Part shown: piece by piece, positions 1 to 10,292 of the stretch
Layout: the number at the start of each line of letters is the position of its first letter
Position numbering within the stretch: position 1 is the stretch's first letter
From: Bdellovibrionota bacterium
Lineage (GTDB): Bacteria; Bdellovibrionota; UBA1018; CAIPTA01; JAALKR01
Direction: 5' to 3'
DNA: 64,000 nt
NCBI GenBank assembly: GCA_965207455.1
Contig: CBDBMJ010000001.1
Span: 1,184,001-1,248,000 of the forward strand
The notes under the pieces: generated by a model
Seen by the model: the letters and a program-made list of their open reading frames with translations, nothing else
Told to the model about the DNA's origin: nothing
The model's database searches: none
Translations under genes and position numbers: made by a program

Positions 1-170
1 TCCACATCCACCCTAGCTTTTTTGGCCAGTCGTTGGTACACACTGGCAGGAATAATTTTATACTTAGCCATTGCCTTACAAGCAGCCAACTCCACCTCTA
101 ACCATTTCTGGTAACGAGCCTCATCTGTCCAAATTTTAGCTGCCTCTGGTAACGAATAACGTGAAATCAT
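1..170 (-). CDS. purB: Adenylosuccinate lyase, N-terminal part (runs off window)
   Basis: Manual translation MISRYSLPEAAKIWTDEARYQKWLEVELAACKAMA matches the typical PurB N-terminus; ATGA overlap with upstream ORF stop. Confidence 0.85.
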   Translation of the reverse strand, partial: MISRYSLPEAAKIWTDEARYQKWLEVELAACKAMAKYKIIPASVYQRLAKKARVDV

Positions 171-1579
171 TTGCTCTTCATAACTTTCTTGAATAAAGAT
201 ATGGAGGTAAGTATCTCACCCATAAAACCTAGTGACGGAACCACATCCCTTGCACACAGAGACACTCCAGGCAAACCATGGGAAGACCAATCACTACGAA
301 CACCCGAAAGAAAATTGGAGTCCGCTGTGCTATCGTAGACCAATAATTCCCTAGAAACATCGTCTAAAGAATGAAATCGAAAGTGTTTTTTATAAACAGG
401 ATCCTCTTCGATATGGTTTGGATCCGGGGATATTTCAAATAAACCGTCCTTTAAAAAAGGGATAAAAGATTCCATGCGCTGCAAACAACGTTTTATGGTA
501 ACTCCAAGATAGTGTGGCGTAATACCTTTTTCTGTAAACGGCACTAATGTGCGAACCAATATAACTCTTTTTTTGGACGAATCTTGCTTAGAGGGTGGAA
601 AAACAAAAAGCTGGAGAAAATCCTCTTCATTTGCACTGGAATCAGGATCGTAATAACATACATGGGAACTCATACCCTCAGGAATAGCACTATGATCTAC
701 CTTCACCATAAAATTAAAACGCCAATAGCTGGGCTTTAAACCATTCACCTCATTGACTAAAGAGGGATAGCGGTATTCGGGAGGTAACAAGTTCATAAAA
801 TTTCGACTGTTCATGGCACCCACCACTTGCTTTGTCTTCACAAAACCCTCGAAAGAAGATAATAAAACACCCATGAGTTTCTTTCGCTCAAAAATAATTT
901 CACCCACACCAGCAGCACTCTTCACCTTTCCACCAGCATGGTGTAGGCGCTCTATTAAAGTTTTCTTCATGGCTTGTCTATTATTCATGCAATAGTGAAC
1001 ACCGTGAGAAGCATATTGTAAATAAGTTCGCACTAAACCTAAAGGAATACTTTTTGGATTTAACATTCCATACAACGGTGCTTGTATTCGTCCCAAATGG
1101 GCCCAATGGGAGGATAAGCCAGATTTTTTTACCATGAAGTCAAATTTCTTATGGGTTCGAATACTCCTATCTTTCGATAAGGAAGAGCTTAAAATTTTTA
1201 AAGGCTGGGCATACTTCGGAAATTCCCTAGTCCATTCTTTTTCCATTTCTCCCATGGGATAGGAAAAATTCACCCGTCCCGAACCACTGATCAATTGCAA
1301 GGCAGGGGTACAGTTCAAAAATAAATCATCCATATTTTTATACAAACCCACTTTACGCAAAAAGCGATCTACAGTGGAACCGGAATACAAACCAATAATA
1401 GGATCATAGCTAAAGTCCGTTACAGGAGCAGGCTTTTGTGATTCAAGAAAGAAGGACTGGGATAGGTCCGGGTCCACCACTAAAACTTTTTTTCCATTAT
1501 GGGCCACAGCCGTTGCCAGTAAATAGCCACCAAGCTCACCACCAGCCACCACTAGGTCGTAACTATTCCCTACTCGCAC
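167..1579 (-). CDS. FAD-dependent oxidoreductase (phytoene desaturase-like)
   Basis: 470 aa ORF with an N-terminal Rossmann motif YDLVVAGGELGG. Confidence 0.6.
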   Translation of the reverse strand: MRVGNSYDLVVAGGELGGYLLATAVAHNGKKVLVVDPDLSQSFFLESQKPAPVTDFSYDPIIGLYSGSTVDRFLRKVGLYKNMDDLFLNCTPALQLISGSGRVNFSYPMGEMEKEWTREFPKYAQPLKILSSSLSKDRSIRTHKKFDFMVKKSGLSSHWAHLGRIQAPLYGMLNPKSIPLGLVRTYLQYASHGVHYCMNNRQAMKKTLIERLHHAGGKVKSAAGVGEIIFERKKLMGVLLSSFEGFVKTKQVVGAMNSRNFMNLLPPEYRYPSLVNEVNGLKPSYWRFNFMVKVDHSAIPEGMSSHVCYYDPDSSANEEDFLQLFVFPPSKQDSSKKRVILVRTLVPFTEKGITPHYLGVTIKRCLQRMESFIPFLKDGLFEISPDPNHIEEDPVYKKHFRFHSLDDVSRELLVYDSTADSNFLSGVRSDWSSHGLPGVSLCARDVVPSLGFMGEILTSISLFKKVMKSK

Positions 1580-1588
1580 AACCCCCCC

Positions 1589-1978
1589 TTACTTCTTGCT
1601 TACACGCTGTAATGCTTTAAGCACCACACATACACCTTTAGCCTTACATACTAACAGCGGAGAATCCAATACATCTGCCGCAGATTCTCCAATATCTGGT
1701 CGAGATGAGATTACTTTATGGGCAGTAAATTCCATCTTACGCGATGTATTTCCCTCCTCCGTAATTCGACCCCTCGCTTCCACATAATCCCCCCTGCGCA
1801 CAGGAGCTAAAAAGTCCACACTTTCGTACGCTCGGAATAAACCCTCGTCCCCATCCCTGCGAATCAATAACTCTGTGGCCACATCTCCAAACAAAGCTAA
1901 TATTTTAGCCCCGTCGACTAAACTCTCACCATAGTGAGCATCCTGTGTGCCCATTCGTAACCGAATTACTACTTCCAT
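1589..1978 (-). CDS. kal: 3-aminobutyryl-CoA ammonia-lyase-like hotdog-fold protein
   Basis: RLRMxxxDAHYGxxLVDGA, [23 protein letters not shown] and GNTSRKMEF motifs are typical of the Kal/Acl family. Confidence 0.8.
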   Translation of the reverse strand: MEVVIRLRMGTQDAHYGESLVDGAKILALFGDVATELLIRRDGDEGLFRAYESVDFLAPVRRGDYVEARGRITEEGNTSRKMEFTAHKVISSRPDIGESAADVLDSPLLVCKAKGVCVVLKALQRVSKK

Positions 1979-1980
1979 TC

Positions 1981-3372
1981 CTAGACTCCTTTTTGTAAAA
2001 TATCCGCTATCTTTGCACTTGCCCCCTGGTGTGCTCTTAAAAAATCCTGAATCTTCCCTCGAATCTCCTTACCCTTTTCCTGCCCATTGGCATCCATAGA
2101 GATAATCCAATTAGCTAAATCCACTCCAGAAGATGCCACAAATGCAGCTCCCGTATCCACCAATGCACACGCCTCTGCTGTACGGTGGTACTTCGGCCCA
2201 AACGCCACCGGCAAACCATGGGCGATTGGTTCTATAATACTATGAATCCCCTTGTGAAACCCACCCCCAATATAAGCAAAATAACCTAAAGAGTAAATTT
2301 CTGCTAAAAAACCATAGGCGTCGACTAGGAGAATGTCTGCGTTCTGTACACTCTCTTCACCGTTCATTGGGCTATTAATTTCGCTGTAGCAGACAAAACT
2401 CCATCCCCCATCCATGCATTTTTTTTTCAACCTATCCATGTATACCTTTGTGGGCTCGTGGGGCACTAGGATGAGCTTTATTTTTCCTGTGGTGCGGGTG
2501 CCTGTGGTGCGGGTGCCTGTGGCACGGGTGCCTGTGGCACGGGTGCCTGTGGCACGGGTGCCTGTGGCACCTGTGGAGCGCAGTTCTCGAAAACTCGTCA
2601 ACAGAAGGGATTCGTCTCGAGGCCAAGTGGATCCTCCCACCACTACGGTGGAGGAATGGCAAAATTTTTGAATCCTATCCAAGAACCCACTGCTGTTTGC
2701 ATTTTCTAAACGATATAAGGCGCGATCCACCCTGGAATTACCTCCCACAAACCCTAAGGCATCTTTTCCCATCCATGGCTTCCAAGCCTTTTGAGCCGAC
2801 CCATCCACATAAACCCAAGTGCGAACTTGATAAAATAAAAAACTCCGAACGCACATGGATGCGTTTCCCCAATAACCTAGGGGAGGAGTGGACACATTGA
2901 CCAATGCCACTGGAATATTTGCCTTTCTCGCTTGGTCGAAAAAATTTGGCCATAGGTCGTAACGATTCAAAACAATAAGCGAAGGAGAAAATAGCAAGAA
3001 AAAATCTTTCATACTTTTCTTTGTGTCGAAAGGTAAATAGTCGGCAAAGTGGAATAATTGAGTGCCCTGTTTATTAAGAAAATTTGCTACGGAGGAGGAG
3101 TAATAGCTTAGGAGAAAGGTGACATTTTTTGACTCCCCGTTTTTTGATCCACTCCAGTGCTCCAACACAGGAATTATTTGCTCCAATTCACCCACACTGG
3201 ACACATGCACCAGCACTATCTTTTCCCCACAGGACTCCAGCCCCTTACGCCAACGATCCAAACAACCAGCACGACCAGTAAAGGCTTTTTCCCACTTGGG
3301 AAAAAATGGAGAAACCCTCTGTGCAAAGAAAAGAAAACAAGGGAATAGGAAATTATACATCCACAGTCTCAA
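1981..3372 (-). CDS. waaA: Kdo transferase (GT30)
   Basis: HVSSVGE, YLPFD, GGSTW, LVPHEP, AYIGGGF and EPIAHG motifs. Confidence 0.85.
   Translation of the reverse strand: MRLWMYNFLFPCFLFFAQRVSPFFPKWEKAFTGRAGCLDRWRKGLESCGEKIVLVHVSSVGELEQIIPVLEHWSGSKNGESKNVTFLLSYYSSSVANFLNKQGTQLFHFADYLPFDTKKSMKDFFLLFSPSLIVLNRYDLWPNFFDQARKANIPVALVNVSTPPLGYWGNASMCVRSFLFYQVRTWVYVDGSAQKAWKPWMGKDALGFVGGNSRVDRALYRLENANSSGFLDRIQKFCHSSTVVVGGSTWPRDESLLLTSFRELRSTGATGTRATGTRATGTRATGTRTTGTRTTGKIKLILVPHEPTKVYMDRLKKKCMDGGWSFVCYSEINSPMNGEESVQNADILLVDAYGFLAEIYSLGYFAYIGGGFHKGIHSIIEPIAHGLPVAFGPKYHRTAEACALVDTGAAFVASSGVDLANWIISMDANGQEKGKEIRGKIQDFLRAHQGASAKIADILQKGV
2486..2576. repeat. 15-bp in-frame tandem repeat (5 full copies plus a partial) inside waaA, encoding [10 protein letters not shown]
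   Basis: CCTGTGG(TG/CA)CGGGTG repeated. Confidence 0.95.
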
Positions 3373-4426
3373 AAGACCTCCCCGATTCCTCCAAAACTAA
3401 GTTTGCTTTTTGTATTACCATTGCTTCCGTTATTTTCTTCATACAGACTCGAGAACCAAGGCGCCAACAAGTTTTTCCCGACTTGGAACAAGGCCTGCAC
3501 CAAAGGTCCACCCCCAATACATGGGAACCATCTCTATACGCAGAATAACCCAAGGCAGGTGAGGTGGGTCCCTCGATAACCACCACATTTTTCCCCAAAG
3601 CTTCCGCAATATGAATCAAACCTGTATCATTGCCCACCACTGCCCGGGCTTGGGATAAAATCCGAACACAATCAGCTAACGTGGTTTTCCCCCTAAGGGA
3701 CACACTCTCTGGAGAATGTAGCTGAGCTGCTTGTGCAATACGGTCGCAAAAGAAATCTTCTTTTCCACCTAAAACAACCACCGGCAATTTCTTGGAAAAA
3801 TACTGAGCTATGGAGATAAAACGATCTAAAGACCAACGCTTCCCCTTCCAAGCACTTCCCGGCAACAATACCATATACGATCTGGGCAGCCCATGATCCA
3901 TGGAATAGCGAGACGGCGGCTGGAGCACAGTTAACTTTTTTTGCTCCCTAGGCTCTTCCCCATACAAATCCTGCATTGCTCGCGAGGCGAGGGCATGAAA
4001 ATTTCTTGCTCGCCATCCCCTTCCCAAACCCACTTGCTTACCACGACGGAGAAACAGCACAAGAAATTCCACCCAACGGGGTTTATGGGCAACATACAAG
4101 GAACTTATCTTTCGCAAACGAGCACGCCAAAGTTTCGTGCGCAAACTGTCGTGCAGATCCAGTATGCAATCAAATTTTTCTCTCTCCAGCCAAAGAAAAA
4201 AATCTTTGGAAGCTTTCGCCTCCCCACCACTGGTGTGGTAAATATGGGATCGCACTCCCGACATACATTCCTCAACAAAACTTCCATACACCGGCTTGGT
4301 AAGAAAAAAAATACTACAACCAGCCGCACGCAAAGGAGCCAAAGCAGCCGTGGACTGCACAATATCCCCCAAAGAACTAAGGCGAAGGATTAAAACTTTT
4401 CTAGGAACTTTGGAATTAAGGGACAT
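3353..4426 (-). CDS. GT9 family LPS heptosyltransferase
   Basis: LRLSSLGDIV, PGSAWKGKRW and GNDTGLIHIAEA motifs. Confidence 0.9.
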   Translation of the reverse strand: MSLNSKVPRKVLILRLSSLGDIVQSTAALAPLRAAGCSIFFLTKPVYGSFVEECMSGVRSHIYHTSGGEAKASKDFFLWLEREKFDCILDLHDSLRTKLWRARLRKISSLYVAHKPRWVEFLVLFLRRGKQVGLGRGWRARNFHALASRAMQDLYGEEPREQKKLTVLQPPSRYSMDHGLPRSYMVLLPGSAWKGKRWSLDRFISIAQYFSKKLPVVVLGGKEDFFCDRIAQAAQLHSPESVSLRGKTTLADCVRILSQARAVVGNDTGLIHIAEALGKNVVVIEGPTSPALGYSAYRDGSHVLGVDLWCRPCSKSGKTCWRLGSRVCMKKITEAMVIQKANLVLEESGRSFETVDV

Positions 4427-4530
4427 GGGAAATATTTTCTCTCTCCATCTCTCTATATACTATGGGAGCCCACAGGGTAAAGCTACAGCCATTACATCAA
4501 TATTGATCTTTCCCGAAAAAACGGACGCTT

Positions 4531-5424
4531 TTACACAACGCAGCGTTTTGTTTTTCTAACATAATCCATTGGACTCAAATATCCAAGCGAAGAATGTAGC
4601 CTTTCTCGATTATACCAATTTATATATTCAAAAACCGCTCTCCTTGCCTCTGATACATCCTTAAACTTTGTCTTTCCTAACTCATTTTTAATCGTATGAA
4701 AAAAACTCTCTGCGTAAGCATTATCATAGCAATTTCCCCTTCTCGACATTGATTGAGTAATCTTCAATAAATTAAGTCTCTCTCGCACTTGTGTAGAACA
4801 GTACTGGCTTCCTTGGTCTGAGTGGAATACTAGCTTCTCAAGAGAGCCTGGAGTCTCGCCGCTAGCATCAGTTATAGCTTTCTTCGTGTTTTCTGCTTCC
4901 ATCGTATCGCTTACATTCCAACCTTTAATTTCTCGGCTAAATACGTCCATCACCATTACTAGGTAACAATGTCCCTTCTCTTTTGGCAAATAAGTAATAT
5001 CAGATACCCAAACCTTATTTTCCTTTTCAGGTCGACATTCTTCAACCTTAACGATTCTTGCAGATTTCCTGTCGTTTGGATTACTAATTGTCGTTTTTGG
5101 ACGAAACGCCTTCTTCTTATTCGCACACAATTTCTCTTCGCTCATGATCCTTGCTACCATATTTTTCCCAACTTTTTCACCATCATTCTCAAGAGATTTT
5201 TGAATACGAGGGCTTCCATATTTTCCTCTGTTCTTTTCGAAAATATGCTTAATTCTTGGTCTAAGTTTATTATCTCTTTCTTCTTGTTTTGAGGGTTTTC
5301 TCTTCGACCAATCATAAAAACCTGAACACGAAACCTCGAATATATCACAACACATTCTCGCACCATTCCCTTCCAATTTAAGAAGTTTAATTGCTTCATA
5401 TCTTACCTCTGCTGGTCTTGACAA
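4531..5424 (-). CDS. IS3 transposase OrfB (DDE integrase core)
   Basis: YGSPRI, WVSDITY, FHSDQGSQY, SMSRRGNCYDNA and YNRERLHSSL motifs. Confidence 0.95.
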   Translation of the reverse strand: MSRPAEVRYEAIKLLKLEGNGARMCCDIFEVSCSGFYDWSKRKPSKQEERDNKLRPRIKHIFEKNRGKYGSPRIQKSLENDGEKVGKNMVARIMSEEKLCANKKKAFRPKTTISNPNDRKSARIVKVEECRPEKENKVWVSDITYLPKEKGHCYLVMVMDVFSREIKGWNVSDTMEAENTKKAITDASGETPGSLEKLVFHSDQGSQYCSTQVRERLNLLKITQSMSRRGNCYDNAYAESFFHTIKNELGKTKFKDVSEARRAVFEYINWYNRERLHSSLGYLSPMDYVRKTKRCVV

Positions 5425-5699
5425 AAAAAAGCTGCGGCATGCTTCAAAATCCCAATTACTTTTTCCTTTTTATCTAATTCTTTCTTCAGCTTTTTGTTCT
5501 CGGCTTTGAATTCTTCCAATGTTTTGGCACTTGCTTTATTTTTTCTTGAATAACGCATCTAGGCACTCAGTGCTTGAACTTTATTAATCCCAAGTTTTTC
5601 AGCTGCCCTACTAGTACCTATTTCATTAGCCAGCCCAACAGCCTGTTCTTTGAACTCTGCCGAATACTGGATTTTACTATTTCTGCTTTCTGATCCCAT
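5403..5699 (-). pseudogene. IS3 OrfA with an internal TAG stop
   Basis: MGSESRNSKIQYSAEFKEQAV...QALSA*MRYSRK...LKHAAAFFCQDQQR; TAG at 5559-5561; T8 run at the orfA/orfB junction. Confidence 0.85.
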
Positions 5700-5769
5700 T
5701 ACATATCCCTCCCTCAAGTTATACCTATAATGCATATTATAAAAGTGTCCGTTTTTTCGGGAAAGATCA

Positions 5770-6047
5770 CTTATTGAATATGCCAGTTTTTTAGAAGTAA
5801 AGCTTTGTATGGTGCCCCCACCAGGGTCTCAACCTACTACACGAAATCCCATCCAGGGATTTCCCTGCGTAGGCTCCCCTACGCACTTAGAAAAATCCTC
5901 CAAAGATTTTTCTCCCCTCACTGGTTCCTCGCCAGCTCGGAACCAGCGCGGGTCAGTGCTTCGCGTTCGAGCCCTTTGCTTTTTATCACGCTTATTGAAT
6001 ATGCCAGTTTTTTAGAAGTAAAGCTTTGTATGGTGCCCCCACCAGGG
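5770..6047 (-). repeat. tRNA-Arg-linked tail-duplication element (221-bp period) with a structured core
   Basis: 5770-5826 repeats 5991-6047 (trailer plus tRNA 3' end); the intervening core is homologous to the repeats at 43651-44344. Confidence 0.9.
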
Positions 6048-6106
6048 CTCGAACCTGAAATCACACTTTAGGAAAGTGTAGTTATATCCTGTTTAACTAT
6101 GGGGAC
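6031..6106 (-). tRNA. tRNA-Arg(CCT)
   Basis: Cloverleaf GTCCCCA...ACACT-TTCCTAA-AGTGT...GGTTCGAGCCC...GGGGGCACCA. Confidence 0.92.
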
Positions 6107-6939
6107 GGAAAAGTAGTCGAAAAATCATCTAATAGCTTATAATCTGTGCAATCCAATTGCAGTGGCGTAACGGAAACATAATTCCTATTTACCCGGTCAT
6201 AATCAGTTCCTTTTATTTCCTTATACTGTTCTTTGGAGGCGCCTATCCAATAGTAGCCCTTACCACGAACGTCCTGTCGCTGAACGCACTGTTGACCGGA
6301 AAGACGCCAACCCTGAGGAGCCATGGAAATCCCTTTCAACTCCAAGTATTTAACATTAGGAACATTGATATTCATAACCATGCCTTTAGGCCAAGCCTCT
6401 ATTCCTGCTCTTATATCTCCCTTTCCTAATTTTTTAAATGTTTGCTCCACCACTACTTTTGTAACACGGGCTGCGGTGGAATTATATTTTTTCGTGTACT
6501 TTACTCCCACAGGCAACATTAAAGAAACGGCAAAGGCAGGCATACCTAATATGCTTGCCTCTCTAGCAGCGGCAACAGTGCCACTATAATACACATCTTC
6601 TCCAAGGTTGGGTCCTTGGTTAATTCCAGAAAGTACAAAATCTGGTTTCATCTCTAGCAATCCATTCAACGCTAAGTTCACACAATCTGCTGGCCTGCCA
6701 TTAATAGCAAAAGAGTTTTCACTAAACTGCTGCACACGCAAAGGTTCCAATAAGGAAATGCCATGGCCTGTGGCACTTTGCTCAAATTCGGGTGCCACAA
6801 TAGTTGTTTTTGCGAATTTGGAGAAATACTTTTCTAATATACGAACTCCATCTGATCGTATCCCGTCATCGTTACTTAAGAGAACATTCATGATTTGATT
6901 TTTTTCTGTATCTGTGTCTGTATCTGTGTCTTTTTTCAT
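6097..6939 (-). CDS. surE: 5'/3'-nucleotidase SurE (start may be the MNVLLSNDDG Met)
   Basis: LLSNDDG, SGINQGPNLG, YSGTVAAARE and VSVTPL motifs. Confidence 0.95.
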   Translation of the reverse strand: MKKDTDTDTDTEKNQIMNVLLSNDDGIRSDGVRILEKYFSKFAKTTIVAPEFEQSATGHGISLLEPLRVQQFSENSFAINGRPADCVNLALNGLLEMKPDFVLSGINQGPNLGEDVYYSGTVAAAREASILGMPAFAVSLMLPVGVKYTKKYNSTAARVTKVVVEQTFKKLGKGDIRAGIEAWPKGMVMNINVPNVKYLELKGISMAPQGWRLSGQQCVQRQDVRGKGYYWIGASKEQYKEIKGTDYDRVNRNYVSVTPLQLDCTDYKLLDDFSTTFPSP

Positions 6940-6951
6940 TTTTATCTTTTC

Positions 6952-9363
6952 CTAGAGTTTAGAGTAACCAGAACCCACTAAATTTAATCCAAATTTAAAG
7001 TGAATCTGTTTTCCCACCTCTCGGTTTTCCTCATAACGTAAACGCAACTGCCAACATTCCGATGGAGAATTATAGATTGTGGAAATAGTTTGCTCTGGCT
7101 CTTCTAATTCTAATAAATCCATCCTTCTGTAATAGGAAAAAAGTATATCATCTGTCAATGACCAAGTAAAACCAAGGCTTAATTTTTTGCTGGCGTTGGG
7201 TTCTGTAAATAGCTCAAAACCCATGAAAACACTTTTTTTCCGTACCCTCGTTGCTGTTCTATTGCTTATATTCTCTATATCCCATTCCACACCCAACTTC
7301 AACTCATGCCTAGCACTGTACTCATCATTATCCCTTAATTTTCCGTATGGTTTATATTTATATTCTATATGATTTTGAAAATGATGTAAGGTTAGCAGGG
7401 ATCGCACCAGTAAGGGAGCAAAGGGCTTTGAGAGGGAACCATCGGGCTTCGTACTCTGAGCCTCTTTGAAGTCGTAGGATTGGTTAACAGACAGTGACCA
7501 AATCTCCTTGTATAGATCATAATCAGGGGCATATTTATCCCAATGGCGCTGCTTCAATATTTGTATTTCCTGTGCTCTATTCTGAGGCTTGGGATATTTT
7601 TTCTCTATGGTTTTCGTCAAGTCATAGGGATAAAAAGAAATATGATTCTCTTTCCTCAGTTTACGTATAAACCGACTGGTAAATCCATAACTTATGGCAT
7701 TTCCCAGCGGTTCTCTTAAATTATCCCGACTATAAGTAATGGGAACCCTATCCAGTTCATCAAAAATTCCACCATCCTCTTTCGCTTGTTGAGTAAAGGG
7801 ATGGTCTGAGGAGTTCTTCTTCCAAAAAATATTGGAGTAGGTAATAAATGGACTTATCTGGTGCTTTAGCTTGGAATATTCCGACCCATTGAGGTTAAAT
7901 ACTTTTTCAATTTCTGTGGATATGCGAACCTGAGAAAGGAGGTGGTGGTTGAGTAAGTTCTTTACATCGTTGGTGGAAGCATCATCAAAAGAATAAAAAC
8001 GCTGGTCATACTCCAACAACGGCGACACAGTCAAAACATCTTCAATCTTAAAGGAATGGGACAGGCTTGGATTTAACAATATTCGATGAGACTCCCTGAG
8101 CCTGTCCGCTGTGAGTGGGGAGTAAACCCCATCCCCATTAGCGTCGAAAAAAGAACTTCCTCTGCGATGAAACCGGTCGTACCGAAAAAATACACTCCCA
8201 GTTATTCCTTGCCATAATCTTCTCTCCTTAAGACCAAAAAATAAACTGGGCCCTCTCTGTACCATATCTTCATCAAAACGAACTTTATCTTTTGCAATTA
8301 AACTACGTAAACGAGTCCACTCCAGATCAACAAAAAAATCATCGAAATCAGACATAAGAACAGCACTGGACTCTAGAGCAGGAAGGTTGTTGCCTCCTAT
8401 GTCTCCCGAAAATACCCGGGGATAGTCCCTATCGCTCACCTCATTTATCCGCAAATGCAATTTAGCAAAGTGGAAAGGATACAATGTATGATCCATCTGT
8501 AAAGCAAAACGGAGAGACTTTTCTGGAAAAGTGCGGTCCTTAACAAACACACCATCTATGGTGCCCTCATTGTTTTTCAAAAGCTTATAACGATACTGTA
8601 GCCCTGCTCGACTACCTCGCTTGGAATAAAACCCATAGGAAAGGGTGGCGTCCTGGTGATCACTAATGGCTAAAAACAAGGGCTGGTATAACGTAAACCC
8701 ATGACGGGAACTATTGGATATTCGAGGAAATAAAAGCCCACTTTGCCGTTCTGTCTTTACCGGCAATATAAGGTAAGGCAAATACACAGCAGGTGTATCC
8801 TTTATAAATAAATATACTCCCTTCATGAAAACATAACCGTTCGTCGATAAATCAATATTTTGAGCAGAAATTCGCCAAGACTCAGAACAATCCAAACAAG
8901 TGGTATACTCTCCCTCAGTGGCTATAAATCTGTTTTTACTCACCTCACGAATGAGCTGCCCTCGTAGATGGTAGCGCCCATTCGTGATCAACCCATAAAA
9001 AATACTTGCCAAACCAGTATAAACATTAAAGTGCACTTCCGCTGCATAGATGGTTCGCTCAGGGGAAGCAAATACCACATTACCACTGGCCTTTGCATCT
9101 CCCGTTTTTGTGTCGATGGAAATATAATCCGCAGACAATCGTCGATTGTTAGAACTCATTACCACATGGCCAAAGGCCTCATGTATTTTTGTTTTGGAAT
9201 AATAAAGGGTGCGATCCCCAGTGATGTGGAAATCCCCCACACCGAAACTTAAACTTAACTCGAAAGTATCCTCTCCCCAAAGGTCGTAAATAGTCCCAAA
9301 GAAAACAAGAATGCAACAAACTAGAATATGAGTATTTTTCACAAACAACACAGACGCATGCAC
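6952..9363 (-). CDS. lptD: LPS-assembly protein LptD
   Basis: N-terminal beta-taco region, YTTC, ERQSGLLFP and C-terminal SECW motif. Confidence 0.85.
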   Translation of the reverse strand: MHASVLFVKNTHILVCCILVFFGTIYDLWGEDTFELSLSFGVGDFHITGDRTLYYSKTKIHEAFGHVVMSSNNRRLSADYISIDTKTGDAKASGNVVFASPERTIYAAEVHFNVYTGLASIFYGLITNGRYHLRGQLIREVSKNRFIATEGEYTTCLDCSESWRISAQNIDLSTNGYVFMKGVYLFIKDTPAVYLPYLILPVKTERQSGLLFPRISNSSRHGFTLYQPLFLAISDHQDATLSYGFYSKRGSRAGLQYRYKLLKNNEGTIDGVFVKDRTFPEKSLRFALQMDHTLYPFHFAKLHLRINEVSDRDYPRVFSGDIGGNNLPALESSAVLMSDFDDFFVDLEWTRLRSLIAKDKVRFDEDMVQRGPSLFFGLKERRLWQGITGSVFFRYDRFHRRGSSFFDANGDGVYSPLTADRLRESHRILLNPSLSHSFKIEDVLTVSPLLEYDQRFYSFDDASTNDVKNLLNHHLLSQVRISTEIEKVFNLNGSEYSKLKHQISPFITYSNIFWKKNSSDHPFTQQAKEDGGIFDELDRVPITYSRDNLREPLGNAISYGFTSRFIRKLRKENHISFYPYDLTKTIEKKYPKPQNRAQEIQILKQRHWDKYAPDYDLYKEIWSLSVNQSYDFKEAQSTKPDGSLSKPFAPLLVRSLLTLHHFQNHIEYKYKPYGKLRDNDEYSARHELKLGVEWDIENISNRTATRVRKKSVFMGFELFTEPNASKKLSLGFTWSLTDDILFSYYRRMDLLELEEPEQTISTIYNSPSECWQLRLRYEENREVGKQIHFKFGLNLVGSGYSKL

Positions 9364-9383
9364 ACATCACCGCCCATGAAGCT

Positions 9384-10289
9384 TTATCTCTTTTGCGCCC
9401 TCTTCCCTCTCTGCGGTGCTTTTCCTTTTATGCGACTCCACATTAACATGTGGAGCAGGGATTCTAAAGTCTTAGGTAACTCATTTCTGGAAACAACCTG
9501 ATCCACAAAACCATGCTCCAGTACAAACTCGGAGCGTTGAAACCCCTCGGGTAACTTTTGGCGAATGGTTTGCTCGATAACACGAGGCCCCGCAAATCCA
9601 ACTAAAGCCTTGGGCTCGGCTAGAATAATATCACCCAACATAGCAAAGCTAGCTGCCACACCACCAGTAGTAGGGTCGGTCAAAATAGAAATAAAAGGAA
9701 GCCTCTTCTCTTTCATACGAGCCACAAAAGCACTGGTTTTTGCCATTTGCATTAAACTCAAAATGGATTCCTGCATACGAGCTCCACCGCTGGCACTCAC
9801 AATCACAGCTGGCGTTTCCTGCTGAATGGCTGCCTCCAACAGTAGGGTCACCTTCTCCCCAACCACAACCCCCATGCTTCCACCCATAAAACGAAACTCA
9901 AAGGCACCAATTTGAACAGGAATGGAACCAATTTTGGAGGTACCGCAAAGAAAAGCATCTCCAGTGCCACATTTTTCAATGGATTGCTCCAAACGCTCCG
10001 TATAGGGCTTCAAATCAAAAAAATGCAACGGGTCTGTGGAACGAAGACCCTGCCCATACTCCTCAAACTTGGCGTTATTGGTAAGAAAAGTAATGCGCGC
10101 ACGCGCAGGCATACGAAAATGGTAGGAACATTCCACACACACCATATCGTGATTATGGAGCACCTCCTTTTGCATCACCTCTCCACAGGAAGGGCACTTA
10201 CGCCACATTCCCTCAGGAACACGATTCCCTCGATTAGTACTGACCTTTCGTTTGATCCCAGGTGACTTGATTTTGTCGAAATAAGACAT
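9384..10289 (-). CDS. accD: Acetyl-CoA carboxylase carboxyltransferase beta subunit
   Basis: C4 zinc finger, FMGGSMG, SGGARMQE and GFAGPRVIEQT motifs. Confidence 0.97.
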   Translation of the reverse strand: MSYFDKIKSPGIKRKVSTNRGNRVPEGMWRKCPSCGEVMQKEVLHNHDMVCVECSYHFRMPARARITFLTNNAKFEEYGQGLRSTDPLHFFDLKPYTERLEQSIEKCGTGDAFLCGTSKIGSIPVQIGAFEFRFMGGSMGVVVGEKVTLLLEAAIQQETPAVIVSASGGARMQESILSLMQMAKTSAFVARMKEKRLPFISILTDPTTGGVAASFAMLGDIILAEPKALVGFAGPRVIEQTIRQKLPEGFQRSEFVLEHGFVDQVVSRNELPKTLESLLHMLMWSRIKGKAPQRGKRAQKR

Positions 10290-10292
10290 AGT

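Larger units (their letters stand above)
4504..5769 (-). mobile_element. IS3-family insertion sequence (orfA carries a nonsense mutation)
   Basis: 29-bp terminal IRs TGATCTTTCCCGAAAAAACGGAC(G/A)CTTTT with TG...CA ends; orfA/orfB layout; no target-site duplication visible. Confidence 0.95.

Noticed and set aside
5810..5990. Intron-containing or second full tRNA gene
   Set aside because: Only the 3' tail is duplicated; no 5' half (D-arm, anticodon arm) precedes the core
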